Source: Vicinamibacterales bacterium
GTDB lineage: Bacteria; Acidobacteriota; Vicinamibacteria; Vicinamibacterales; JAKQTR01
DNA: 64,000 bases
Direction: 5' to 3'
Assembly (NCBI GenBank): GCA_025456345.1
Contig: JALOKU010000002.1
Coordinates: 70,024 to 134,023, forward strand
A program made the position numbers and the translations under genes. The first letter of the stretch is position 1; each line of letters opens with the position of its first letter. Positions 16,620 to 25,631 of this stretch are shown here, piece after piece. Below the pieces are notes generated by a model. It did no database searches, was not told the origin of the DNA, and saw only the letters and a program-made list of their open reading frames with translations.

Positions 16620-18848
16620 ATGCTTCGACGCCTGCCCGACGATGATGTCCGCGCGGTTCAGTGGCGGTTTGCGGATCGCGAGGACCTTCGGCGCATCGCG
16701 CAGGCCTCGCGCGCCGTCGCGCGCGGGCCCGTGGCGAGGCTGGTGGCCCGCGGCGCGAGGCACTCGGATGCCTGGACGCCCGACAAGGCCGGCCTGGTGA
16801 AGGCGTTCGACGCCGCCGGCCTCTCGGTCCTTGCGGCCGACGGCGAGTACGGCGGGCGGATCGACGGCCCGAAGAACCTCGGCATCGCCCTCGCCGCCTT
16901 TGAACTGGCGTGGGTCGATGCGGGAGCGGCCACGACCATGCTCGGCAATGTACTCGCGCTGGCGCCGATTCACGAGCGCGGCACCGACGGCCAGCGCGCG
17001 CGCTATATGCGGCTGGTGGCGCCGGGCCCGGCGGGGGACGAGCGCGAGCCGTGGCACGGCGCGTTCGTGCTGACCGAGCCGCTGCCGCACGTCGGCGTCG
17101 ACACCGGCGTCCTCGACGGCAAGATGCGCATCGCCGAGTGGAAGCCCGGCACTGAGCCCGTCCTGCAGATCGAGAAGCGGGGCCGGTTCATCACGGGCAT
17201 GGGCCATGCCGACTTCGTGGCGGCGGCCGTGGCCTCCGCCGACGATCGCATCAAGGGCACCGCGTTCGTGCTGCTCGAGAAGACCGACGACGGCACCTTC
17301 GATCCGGGCGTGCGGGCCCGCAAACTCGTCCATCAACTGGCCTCCGCCCGCGATCCCGTGTTCAGCCTTCGCGTGCCGGCGAGCCGCATCATCGGCGGCT
17401 ACACGGTCAAGGACGGCGTCCTGGTGCCCAACTGCGCACATGGCGAGATCCTCGACGCCGTGTTCCGCCGGACGCGGGTTACCGTGGGCCTGATGACGGC
17501 GGCGAAGATGATCTCGGCCGTGGAGCCCGTCATCCGCTACCATCGCAGCCGGTTCCGCGGCGGCGATGCCGCCCAGCCCGGATCGCGGCGGTTCGAACTG
17601 GGGCTGCAGCAGGAAGAGGATGCGCTGCACCGGCTGGTGGACGTCTGGGCGACCGGTGAAGCGGCCGCCTCGCTCGGGTTCGCGGCCGCCCGCGTCTTCG
17701 ACGAGCTCGACCCGCTGGAACGGATCGTGGACGCGCACTTCGCCGAGCGCGGCGTCGCGCCGGGCCGGGCGCAGTGGCGGGCGCTCGAACCGGCCGAGAA
17801 GGATGCGCTGGAGTACCTGGCCGAGCTCGGCAAGCCGCCGGAGGCGCGCCGCGCGGGCCGATTCGACGCCCTGGCCCAGGATCCGATGGTCCGCTTCGTC
17901 CTGCTCGACGCCGTGGCGTCGGTGCTGGGGCCGGCGGTCAAGCTCTGGAACACCGGCCACGGCGCAACGGTGATGCGGGAGGCGGTGAGCCTGATGGGCG
18001 GCCACGGCATCACGGAAGACTGCCCGGGCTTCCTCGGCCACAAGTGGATGGACGCGCAGCTCGAAGCGACCTACGAAGGGCCGGAGGCGGTGCAGCGACG
18101 TCAACTGTCGAGCGCGATGACGGCCCCGGTGTTCCTCGCGCAGTACCGGCTGTGGCTTGAGGAGATGCGGCGCCTGTCGTCTGCGCGGCCCGGCAGCGGC
18201 GCGTGCACGCTGGCGACGGCCATGCAGATGTGGCTCTGGACGCTGCAGCATCTGCAGTCGGCCACCGACCCGTCCGGCGCGAAGCTCTACCAGAGCGCCC
18301 GCCAGGGCGTGACGTTCCCGCTCGCCGACACGCTGGCGTGGCTGCTCGCCGCCCGCCAGCAGATCCTCGACGTGCTCGAACTTGAGCAGGCCGGCCCTGC
18401 GCTCCCCGCCGTCGCGGGGCAGCTTGGCGAGGTCGTGCCGTTCCTGATGGACCTGTGCCATGTGCAGGCGGCGCGCACCGCCGGGGAAGTGGGGCGCGTC
18501 TGCACGGAACTGCTGTTCGGGTACCGCCGCCACCCGGCGTGGGACGGGCCGGACCGGGCGTCGTGCTATGTCGCCGACGAGCTCGACGCCCTCGAGGACG
18601 TCATTCCCGGCATCGCCGCGACGGCGCGTTTCTACAGCGACGTGGTCGAGATCGACGGATCGCACCAGGACAAGGCCGGGCCGTGCGCCAATACCGGCGG
18701 GCTCGAGCCGTTCATGCGCATGCGCGCGAAGATGGACGGATGCCTCACCGGATCGCGTCTCGCCAAGGACCGCGCGGCCGAGGCGTTGACGCAGGTCACC
18801 ATCGATGACGCGCCCGCGTACCCGCTGCCGGAGCCGCCGCATGCGTGA
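16620..18848 (+). CDS. acyl-CoA dehydrogenase family protein (long, 742 aa)
   Basis: ATG at 16620 (MLRRLPDDD). ACAD-like middle domain (FVLTEP...) and C-terminal EATYEGPEAVQRRQL, resembling the IYEGTxEIQR motif. The upstream 286 codons of the 1028-aa ORF are antisense to the AKR gene. Confidence 0.75.
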   Translation: MLRRLPDDDVRAVQWRFADREDLRRIAQASRAVARGPVARLVARGARHSDAWTPDKAGLVKAFDAAGLSVLAADGEYGGRIDGPKNLGIALAAFELAWVDAGAATTMLGNVLALAPIHERGTDGQRARYMRLVAPGPAGDEREPWHGAFVLTEPLPHVGVDTGVLDGKMRIAEWKPGTEPVLQIEKRGRFITGMGHADFVAAAVASADDRIKGTAFVLLEKTDDGTFDPGVRARKLVHQLASARDPVFSLRVPASRIIGGYTVKDGVLVPNCAHGEILDAVFRRTRVTVGLMTAAKMISAVEPVIRYHRSRFRGGDAAQPGSRRFELGLQQEEDALHRLVDVWATGEAAASLGFAAARVFDELDPLERIVDAHFAERGVAPGRAQWRALEPAEKDALEYLAELGKPPEARRAGRFDALAQDPMVRFVLLDAVASVLGPAVKLWNTGHGATVMREAVSLMGGHGITEDCPGFLGHKWMDAQLEATYEGPEAVQRRQLSSAMTAPVFLAQYRLWLEEMRRLSSARPGSGACTLATAMQMWLWTLQHLQSATDPSGAKLYQSARQGVTFPLADTLAWLLAARQQILDVLELEQAGPALPAVAGQLGEVVPFLMDLCHVQAARTAGEVGRVCTELLFGYRRHPAWDGPDRASCYVADELDALEDVIPGIAATARFYSDVVEIDGSHQDKAGPCANTGGLEPFMRMRAKMDGCLTGSRLAKDRAAEALTQVTIDDAPAYPLPEPPHA

Positions 18849-18986
18849 AGCCTCGCGCCGGTTCACCTGGACGCCCGGCCGGCTCTGCGCCCTCTCCGCA
18901 GGCCTCTGACCTCTCCGTCCCGCCGCGTTCCTGTGGTTCAGCCGGTGTGCGCCGCGAGGCGGCGCAGTCAGGAAGGAGAGGGTCCC

Positions 18987-20153
18987 ATGTCATTCACCTA
19001 TGCCGTTGTCGGCGCAGGCCGCCAGGGTGTGGCCGCCGCCTATGATCTCGCCGTCCGCGGGGACGCATCCCGCATCCTGTTTCTCGATCTCGACGAGGCC
19101 GCCGCACGAGAAGCGGCGCTGAGGGTCAACACGCTCGCGGGCCGCGCGCTGGCCTCCGGTGCGCGCGGTGACGCCTCGGATGTCCAGGCGATGACGGCGC
19201 GGCTTGCCGGCACGCAGGGCATCCTCAGCGCCGCGCACTACAAGGTCAATCTGGGCCTCACGCGCGTGGCCGCGGCCATCGGCGCCCACATGGTAGACCT
19301 CGGCGGCCACACCGGCATCGTCCGCGAGCAGCACAGCCTCGACGCGGAGGCGCGGCGCGCCGGCGTCGCCGTGGTGCCCGACACGGGCATGGGGCCGGGG
19401 CTCAACGTGTCGCTCGCCGCGTACGCGATGGGCAAGCTCGACCGGGCGCGCGAGGTGCTCATCTGGGACGGCGGGCTTCCGCAGCAGCCGCGCGGGCCAT
19501 GGAACTACGTGTCGACGTTCGCGATGAGCGGGCTCACCAACGAGTACGACGGCGTCGCGTGCTTCCTGCGCGGCGGCGACATCGTCGAGGTCCCGGCCTT
19601 CGACGACCTCGAGCTCCTGCAGTTCGACGAGCCGGTCGGCACGCTCGAGGGCTTCGTCACCTCGGGCGGGCTGTCGACCGCGCCGTGGACCTGGAAGGGG
19701 ACGCTCGAGCGGCTCGAGAACAAGACGCTGCGATACCCGGGCCACTGTGCGCGCTTCGCCGCGTACCGTGACCTCGGGCTGCTTGGCCAGGCGCCGATCC
19801 AGGTGGGAGGGGCGCCGGTGGTCCCGCGCGACGTGTTCCACGCGCTGCTCGAGCCGCACATCGGCGCCGGGCCCGAACCCGTGCGCGATGTGTGCGTCAT
19901 GCGCGTCGCGGCCACCGGCGAGCGTGGCGGGCGGCCTGCCAGCACGGTGATCGACCTCATCGACCGCTACGACGAGGCCACGGGCTTCACGGCCATGCAG
20001 CGTCTGACGGGCTGGCACGCGGCCATCTGCCTCGGCCTCGCCGTGCGCGGGCGGCTCGGGGCGGGCGTCATCCCGGTCGAGCGCGTGCCGGGCGGCCTGG
20101 TGGTGGCGGAAGGGCGCGCGCGCGGATGGGACATCCGCGAGCGGGCGACCTAG
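18987..20153 (+). CDS. saccharopine dehydrogenase family oxidoreductase
   Basis: ATG at 18987 after GGAAGGAGAG. Rossmann motif VVGAGRQGVAAAYDL. Sequence length and pattern fit the Sacchrp_dh N/C domains. Confidence 0.8.
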   Translation: MSFTYAVVGAGRQGVAAAYDLAVRGDASRILFLDLDEAAAREAALRVNTLAGRALASGARGDASDVQAMTARLAGTQGILSAAHYKVNLGLTRVAAAIGAHMVDLGGHTGIVREQHSLDAEARRAGVAVVPDTGMGPGLNVSLAAYAMGKLDRAREVLIWDGGLPQQPRGPWNYVSTFAMSGLTNEYDGVACFLRGGDIVEVPAFDDLELLQFDEPVGTLEGFVTSGGLSTAPWTWKGTLERLENKTLRYPGHCARFAAYRDLGLLGQAPIQVGGAPVVPRDVFHALLEPHIGAGPEPVRDVCVMRVAATGERGGRPASTVIDLIDRYDEATGFTAMQRLTGWHAAICLGLAVRGRLGAGVIPVERVPGGLVVAEGRARGWDIRERAT

Positions 20154-20307
20154 GCGCGTGCACAGTCCTGCGCAGTTCTGCACGAATTCGTGCGGCGGCG
20201 CGCAGAAACCCTTGACCTGGCGCTGGCCGGCCTCGACATTGTCCGATACGACGTGCATCCGAGCAGCCCCGGCGGCCGGGGCGCGCACGATCATGTCGGG
20301 AGGACTG

Positions 20308-20532
20308 ATGGCGTCGTCGCTGTGGCACCGGCTGGGTTGCTGCCTTACCGGGCACGACTACGTGATCGCGTCGGATCGGGAGCGGATGTTCCTGCGCTGC
20401 AACAGCTGCGGCCACACGTCACGCGGCCTGGAGATCGAACGGGATCTGTTCCGGAAGCCGCCCCGCGACGTGCGGGCCGGGGCTGGCAGCAACCGGCCCG
20501 GCGCCGGCCACTCCAGCCTCGCCACCCGGTGA
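20308..20532 (+). CDS. small Cys-rich hypothetical protein (possible zinc ribbon)
   Basis: 74 aa from the ATG at 20308, preceded by GGGAGG. Cys pairs GCC...H and CNSCGH. Its TGA overlaps the GTG start of tag (GTGA at 20529-20532). Weak call. Confidence 0.35.
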   Translation: MASSLWHRLGCCLTGHDYVIASDRERMFLRCNSCGHTSRGLEIERDLFRKPPRDVRAGAGSNRPGAGHSSLATR

Positions 20533-21137
20533 GCGAACCGGTACGTTGCCCGTGGCCGGGGTCCGATCCGCTCTATATCGAATACCACGATCGTGAATGG
20601 GGGACGCCCGTCCACGACGACTGGCGCCTGTTCGAGATGCTCGTCCTCGAAGGCGCGCAGGCGGGCCTCAGCTGGATCACCATCCTGCGGAAGCGGCAAC
20701 GGTACCGCGAGGTGTTCGACCGCTTCGACGCGCGCCGCGTGGCCCGCTTCACGCCAGCCCGCCTGGCGCGCCTGCTCGCCGATCCCGGCATCGTCCGCAA
20801 CCGGCAGAAGATCGACTCGGCCGTGAACAACGCGAAGCGGACCCTCGAGGTCGTGCGGGAGTTCGGGAGCCTGGATGCCTGCCTCTGGCGGTTCGTCGGC
20901 GGCCAGCCCATCGTCAACGCATGGACGGCGATGGCGGAGGTGCCGCCGCGGACGCCCGAGTCCGAGGCCATGAGCCGCGACCTCGCCTCGCGGGGATTCC
21001 GTTTCGTGGGGCCGACGATCTGCTACGCCTTCATGCAGGCGACGGGGATGGTGAACGACCACCTCGTCACCTGCTTCAGGCACGGCGCCGCACCTACTTC
21101 TTGTTCGCCTCTTCGAGCGACGCGACGAGCGCGCTGA
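20529..21137 (+). CDS. tag: DNA-3-methyladenine glycosylase I
   Basis: YIEYHDREWGTPVHDD and LSWITILRKR motifs characteristic of Tag. GTG start. The 3' end overlaps the convergent thioredoxin-like gene by 44 nt. Confidence 0.9.
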   Translation: MSEPVRCPWPGSDPLYIEYHDREWGTPVHDDWRLFEMLVLEGAQAGLSWITILRKRQRYREVFDRFDARRVARFTPARLARLLADPGIVRNRQKIDSAVNNAKRTLEVVREFGSLDACLWRFVGGQPIVNAWTAMAEVPPRTPESEAMSRDLASRGFRFVGPTICYAFMQATGMVNDHLVTCFRHGAAPTSCSPLRATRRAR

Positions 21138-22059
21138 TGTCCGCGTCGCTCAGTTTCCGCTTCGCCTGTTCCAGCATCGTGCGGAAGTGCGCGATCTCGT
21201 GCGGCGCCGCGGGGAACCCGACGTTGCCTTTCGCGCCGTCGCTGGTCGCGCCGGCTTTCCCGTCGCCGTCGAGGAACACGAACCAGGGAATGCCCCCCTC
21301 GTCGGCCTGGTAGCGCTTCAGCATCTCGCTGCCGCCCGCCATGCGGTCGGCTTCGATCTTCAGGCTGACGAATTCCTTCGCGAAAACCGGTGCGACGTTC
21401 GGGGACGCCATCCAGGCGCCCAGCCTGTGGCACCACGTTCACCACGGGGCCGAGAACCAGAGAAAGACGTACTTGCCATCGCGTGTCGCCTCGGCCAGGG
21501 CCGCCGCCAGCAGCGGGCCGGCGGCAACCGGCGCGACCTGGTGCTGTGTCAGGAACGCGGCGATCTTCTCGGGGTCGTACACGGTCGGAGCGCCGGGAGC
21601 CGCCGAGAGCGGCTGGCTCGGTTGCTGGGCCAGCACCTTGCCTTCTTTGTCGAGCACGGTGAGATGGGGCAGGGCGCCTGCGGCGAGCGTCACGCCGTAC
21701 GCGGCCGCGAGACCCTGGTTCTTGTCGAGATGCCCGACGTCCACCCTGACGTAGCGATACTCGTTGGAGAGCTTCGTGCGGATGGTCGCGTACGCGGGGT
21801 TGGTCGATCCCCGGCCGTTCAGGTCCTGCTGGAACTTCGTGCACGCCTCGTCGTCGTTGGCGCCCCAGTTGATGAGCACGCGGATGTCGTCTTCGGCGGC
21901 GGCTTTGAGCGCGGCGTCGACTTGCGCGCGCCCGTCTGCGGTCTCGTTGTAGAGTTTCGGCGGCGCCTGCTGAGGCGGCCTCGACGGTGCCGGCGCGGCC
22001 TGCGGCGGAGGCGCCTGGCCTGCCAGCATCAACAGAATCGGCACGACCGGCAGGAGCAT
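21094..22059 (-). CDS. secreted tandem thioredoxin-fold protein; candidate selenoprotein with in-frame TGA (21439-21441) in a U-x-x-C motif
   Basis: ORFs 21439-22146 and 21094-21411 are in the same frame, separated only by one TGA. The read-through sequence is FLWFSAPW-[TGA]-TWCHRLGAWMASP, which places the TGA where the first Cys of a thioredoxin WCxxC motif sits. Signal-peptide-like start MLLPVVPILLMLAG at 22059 after AAGGGGG. Confidence 0.55.
21400..21427 (-). promoter_or_regulatory. candidate SECIS-like hairpin downstream of the in-frame UGA
   Basis: RNA CAGGCUGGGCGCCUGGAUGGCGUCCCCG begins 12 nt after the UGA. It has a 7-bp stem GGGCGCC/GGCGUCC (one G-U) with a 5-nt loop UGGAU, extended by two G-C pairs across a 2-nt bulge. 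Hand-folded only. Confidence 0.35.
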
Positions 22060-22122
22060 CAGGTCCCCCTTTGAGGTCTGCTGGAGCCGGGAGGATAACA
22101 TATTCATCTCCGAAAGAATTAG

Positions 22123-22151
22123 TTGACAATGCCATTGTGCCGGCATAGATT
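22123..22151 (+). promoter_or_regulatory. sigma70-type promoter with palindromic operator for the BlaI-like gene
   Basis: TTGACA (22123-22128), exact 17-nt spacer, TAGATT (22146-22151). A perfect palindrome ACAATG-C-CATTGT (22126-22138) overlaps the -35 and spacer. Sits in a local AT-rich island in a GC-rich genome. Confidence 0.6.
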
Positions 22152-22166
22152 TTAGGGAGTCCTAAT

Positions 22167-22589
22167 TTGTTCGGAGACGCTGCAACGGCACGAGGACGAC
22201 GTCACGTGGCACGAAAACCATCACCAACGCTGACGGACGGCGAATTGAAACTGATGCGCGTCCTGTGGCGCCAGGGACCGTCCACCGTGTCCGCGATTGT
22301 CGACGCCGTTGCCGACGCCAGTCCGCCCGCCTACAACACCGTGCAGACGATGATGCGGATTCTGGAGCGGAAGGGGTTCGTGTCCCATCGCAAGGACGGC
22401 CGGGCGTTTGTCTTTGCCGCCCTCGTCGACGAGACGCGCGCGCGCAAGTGCGCCATCAGCCACGTCCTCGACCGCTTTTTCGACAATTCGCCGGGCACGC
22501 TGGTGCTCAGCCTCCTGGAGCACGAGGACGTGCCCGACGCTGACCTGCGGCAACTGCGCGATTTGATTCAGCGCCACGAGTGGAGATGA
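22167..22589 (+). CDS. BlaI/MecI/CopY family transcriptional repressor
   Basis: LTDGELKLMRVLWRQGPSTVSAIVDAV...YNTVQTMMRILERKGFV winged-helix pattern of penicillinase-repressor family. TTG start after GGGAG. Confidence 0.85.
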   Translation: MFGDAATARGRRHVARKPSPTLTDGELKLMRVLWRQGPSTVSAIVDAVADASPPAYNTVQTMMRILERKGFVSHRKDGRAFVFAALVDETRARKCAISHVLDRFFDNSPGTLVLSLLEHEDVPDADLRQLRDLIQRHEWR

Positions 22590-24028
22590 CTGCCGTCTGG
22601 GCGTTGTCGTGGCTTGGCCGGAGCGCGGCGCTGGTCGCGCTGACCGCGATCCTCGTCCGGCTGCCTGGCTGCCGGCGGAGTGCGGCTGCGCGGCACGTCG
22701 CCTGGCTGCTGGCCCTCTTCCTCTGCGCCGGGCTGCTCGTCTGGCCGCCCGCGCCAGCCGCAGCGACGGCACCTGCGTTTCGATTTGGGCCGGGTGCGGA
22801 CGCCGCACCGCCGGCGAGATCGTTCCCTCTCGTCGTGCTCCCGGCACCGGTCACGGCGGCGGCCTGGTGGGTCGGCTGGATCTGGGTGGTTGGCGCGGCC
22901 GCAGGGCTGGCCGCGGTCGCGCATGATGTCCGGCGCGTCGTCGTCATGAAACGCCAGACGGTGCCGCTGTCCCTGGAGGAACAGGTGCGGCTGGGCTCGG
23001 GGATGGCAGCCCTTGCGTCGAGGCGTGCGCCACGCATCGCCTGGTGCGGCGCCGTGGAGTCGCCCGCCGTGCTGGGGTTCTTCGGCCCCCTCATTGCCCT
23101 GCCGCGTTCGCAGGTGTTGTCCCTCCCGGACGAGCAGGCCCGGCTGGTCGTGCTGCACGAACTGGCGCATGTCCGCCGCGGCGATGACTGGTGGGCGCTC
23201 GCCGGTCGCATCGTCGTCGCCTTGACCTGGCTGAATCCGGCCGTGCACTGGGTCCGCCACGAGCTGTCGCTGTCGCGGGAGATGGCGTGCGATGAATGGG
23301 TGGTGCGTCAGACCGCCGCGCCGGCCGCGTACGCGAAGTGCCTCACGGATGTCGCGGGCCTGCGCACGCAGATGCGGCGGCTGCGGCTCGCGGCTGGCGT
23401 CATCGGGCGGCCCGGCTCGCTTCGCCGGCGCGTGGTCGGCGTGCTCGCGCTGGATCGCCGCCCGTCCGCTCGCGCGGCCGCCATCGCGGCGTGGCTTGCC
23501 CCCGTCGCCGTGTGCGTGGTGGCTGCCGGGCTGTTGCAGCTGCCCCAGGTGTTCATCGTCGCGCACACGCCGGATGCGACCGTGCAGACGCCGTTCCGGC
23601 CCGCTCCCGCGGCCGCCGCCGTGGCGTCTGTCGGACTTCCGGCCACGCGGCCGGACGGCCAGCGCCCGGTGATCGGCACGCGCCGCGCCTTGCTTCAGCG
23701 CCGCCCGGCTGGCGTTGCGGCGGCCCCTGCCGTCCCGGCGGCGAGTGGCGGAAGCGCGCCGACGGCGCCGGACACGGCGGCAGCGCCGACGACTGCCGTC
23801 GACGCGGCGCCGATTGCCGCGAGCCCCTTGCCCGGAGCTGGCGCTCCCGGTGTGATGGCCGCCGCCGTCACGGACCGCATCCCGTTGCAGGCCGGCGCCG
23901 CGCGCTGGTGGCGCGGGCCCGCCGCGATCGGCGAGTCGGCGGGCGGCGCGGCCGCGACCGCGAGCCGCGCGACCGCGTCGTTCGTCACGCGTCTTGGATC
24001 ACACGTGCCTCAGCTGCTCACACGGTAG
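22586..24028 (+). CDS. BlaR1-like M56 family membrane metallopeptidase with low-complexity Ala/Pro C-terminus
   Basis: HEXXH motif in LVVLHELAHVRRGDDWW, with N-terminal TM segments. ATG at 22586 overlaps the BlaI stop (ATGA). No recognisable penicillin-binding or other sensor domain after the protease. Confidence 0.8.
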   Translation: MTAVWALSWLGRSAALVALTAILVRLPGCRRSAAARHVAWLLALFLCAGLLVWPPAPAAATAPAFRFGPGADAAPPARSFPLVVLPAPVTAAAWWVGWIWVVGAAAGLAAVAHDVRRVVVMKRQTVPLSLEEQVRLGSGMAALASRRAPRIAWCGAVESPAVLGFFGPLIALPRSQVLSLPDEQARLVVLHELAHVRRGDDWWALAGRIVVALTWLNPAVHWVRHELSLSREMACDEWVVRQTAAPAAYAKCLTDVAGLRTQMRRLRLAAGVIGRPGSLRRRVVGVLALDRRPSARAAAIAAWLAPVAVCVVAAGLLQLPQVFIVAHTPDATVQTPFRPAPAAAAVASVGLPATRPDGQRPVIGTRRALLQRRPAGVAAAPAVPAASGGSAPTAPDTAAAPTTAVDAAPIAASPLPGAGAPGVMAAAVTDRIPLQAGAARWWRGPAAIGESAGGAAATASRATASFVTRLGSHVPQLLTR

Positions 24029-24058
24029 TCGACTGCCCCCAATCCCGAGGAGTGTCGG

Positions 24059-25588
24059 ATGCGAGTCCACCTAGTCAATCCCAGCCACAAGTCGTTCGGC
24101 GTGGCCGTCATCACGCCGCGCTGGCTGTTTGTCCTCGCTGGTGCCACGCCGCGCACCTATGGCGATCCCGCTCTGATCGATGAGTCGCTCGATCCATTCG
24201 ATCCCGCCACGGTGCAGCCCGGCGACGTCGTGGGGATCAGCATTCACACCGGCAACGCCCTCCGCGGGTACGACGTCGGCAAGGCCGCGCGGGACCGCGG
24301 AGCCTGGGTCGTGTACGGCGGCATCCACGCCACGCTCTTTCCCGAGGAGCCGCACACGGTAGGCGCCGCGCACGCGGTCGTCACCGGCGACGGCGACGTC
24401 ATCTGGCCGCTGGTCCTCGCGGATTGCGCGAAAGGGGCCCCGGAGCGGATGTACGCGGCCGGCCGCGTGCCCGGCGACCAGATGGTCCAGGCGCGGTGGG
24501 ACCTGATCCAGCGCGGCAAGTACATGTGGGCGTCGGTGCAGACTGTGCGGGGCTGCCCGAAGCACTGCTCGTTCTGCTCGGTGTGGCGGACCGATGGCCA
24601 GGCCCCGCGGTTGCGCGGCAATGCGGCGGTCGTCGAAGAGGTGGTGCAGCTGCGCCGCCTCGGCTTCCGGTTCGTCGCGCTGGCCGACGACAATTTCTAC
24701 CCCGTCACGCAGGGTGACCTCGCCCAGGCGGGCCGGCGGGTGGATCGCACCAGGCTCCTCGAACTGGAAGCCATGCGCAACGACCGCCTCGACCTGATGC
24801 GGCGGCTGGCCGAGCTGCCGGCCGACATGGTGTTCTTCACCCAGATCACCATGGAGGCCTCGGAGGATCATGAGTTCCTCGACGCCATGCGCGAGGCCCG
24901 GATCAAGGGCGCCCTGGTCGGCGTCGAGGCGATCACGCCGGACGGCCTGAAGGACGTGTACAAAGGCTTCAACGCCACCGGCGACGCGCTGGTGGCGCGT
25001 CTCCGGACCTTCCGCGCGCACGACATCCACGTGCTCGGTTCGTTCATCTTCGGCCTGCCGAGCGATCGGCCGTCGACGTTCGCCGCCACCGCCGCGCTCT
25101 CGAGCAAGGCCGACATCACGTTCGCCCAGTTCGTCATGCTCACGCCGTTTCCCGGCACGGTGGACTTCGACAGGTGGGCGAAGGGCGTCGATGGCGAAGG
25201 GAAGAATGTGGACGGCATCCCGTACAGCCGCCACTGGCTCATCCCGCGGGAGCAGCGGCCGCACATCTACACCCATCACCCGGTAATGTCGGCCGACGAG
25301 ATCCGGATGTACACGCAGCGCACGTGGGACCAGTTCTACAGCATCGGTTCGGTGTGGCGCCGCTCGCGGTGCGTGAAGTCGGTCAGGGGGAGACTGGCGT
25401 TCGTGCTGGTGTCGAAACTCTACCGGCAGATGTACGCCAACACGGGCATCACCACCGACAGCGGCCGCGTGGCGCGCTCGGTGCAGTGGTCGCGGTGGCT
25501 GGCGGCGCCGCTGCAACGGCTCTTTGCAGGGACGCCCATGCCCGACCTCGAGATGCCCCGCGCCGAGGTGATCGAGCCCGCCGCCTGA
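24059..25588 (+). CDS. B12-binding-domain radical SAM protein
   Basis: 509 aa. N-terminal B12-binding-like Rossmann segment (VVGISIHT...VVYGGIH) followed by RGCPKHCSFCSVW (CxxxCxxC). Confidence 0.85.
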   Translation: MRVHLVNPSHKSFGVAVITPRWLFVLAGATPRTYGDPALIDESLDPFDPATVQPGDVVGISIHTGNALRGYDVGKAARDRGAWVVYGGIHATLFPEEPHTVGAAHAVVTGDGDVIWPLVLADCAKGAPERMYAAGRVPGDQMVQARWDLIQRGKYMWASVQTVRGCPKHCSFCSVWRTDGQAPRLRGNAAVVEEVVQLRRLGFRFVALADDNFYPVTQGDLAQAGRRVDRTRLLELEAMRNDRLDLMRRLAELPADMVFFTQITMEASEDHEFLDAMREARIKGALVGVEAITPDGLKDVYKGFNATGDALVARLRTFRAHDIHVLGSFIFGLPSDRPSTFAATAALSSKADITFAQFVMLTPFPGTVDFDRWAKGVDGEGKNVDGIPYSRHWLIPREQRPHIYTHHPVMSADEIRMYTQRTWDQFYSIGSVWRRSRCVKSVRGRLAFVLVSKLYRQMYANTGITTDSGRVARSVQWSRWLAAPLQRLFAGTPMPDLEMPRAEVIEPAA

Positions 25589-25631
25589 GCTGGCGGCGCG
25601 CGGGCCGGCGCCGCCTCGAGGCGAGAGACCT

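Noticed and set aside
15762-18848. Taking the full track ORFs as single genes: 15762-18848 (1028 aa), 36550-40062 (1170 aa), 7084-8823, 4206-5687, 29666-31954, 54106-56388, 56336-58849.
   Set aside because: In each case only the 3' portion has family motifs and an SD-preceded start. The 5' portion overlaps a well-supported neighbouring gene, so internal starts were used.
21094-22146. Thioredoxin-like gene as a plain pseudogene or two separate genes.
   Set aside because: Not fully rejected. However, the single TGA falls exactly on the first redox residue of the W-C-x-x-C site, both halves stay in frame with intact sequence, and a hairpin follows at SECIS distance. Selenocysteine is therefore the better hypothesis pending a check for sel genes.
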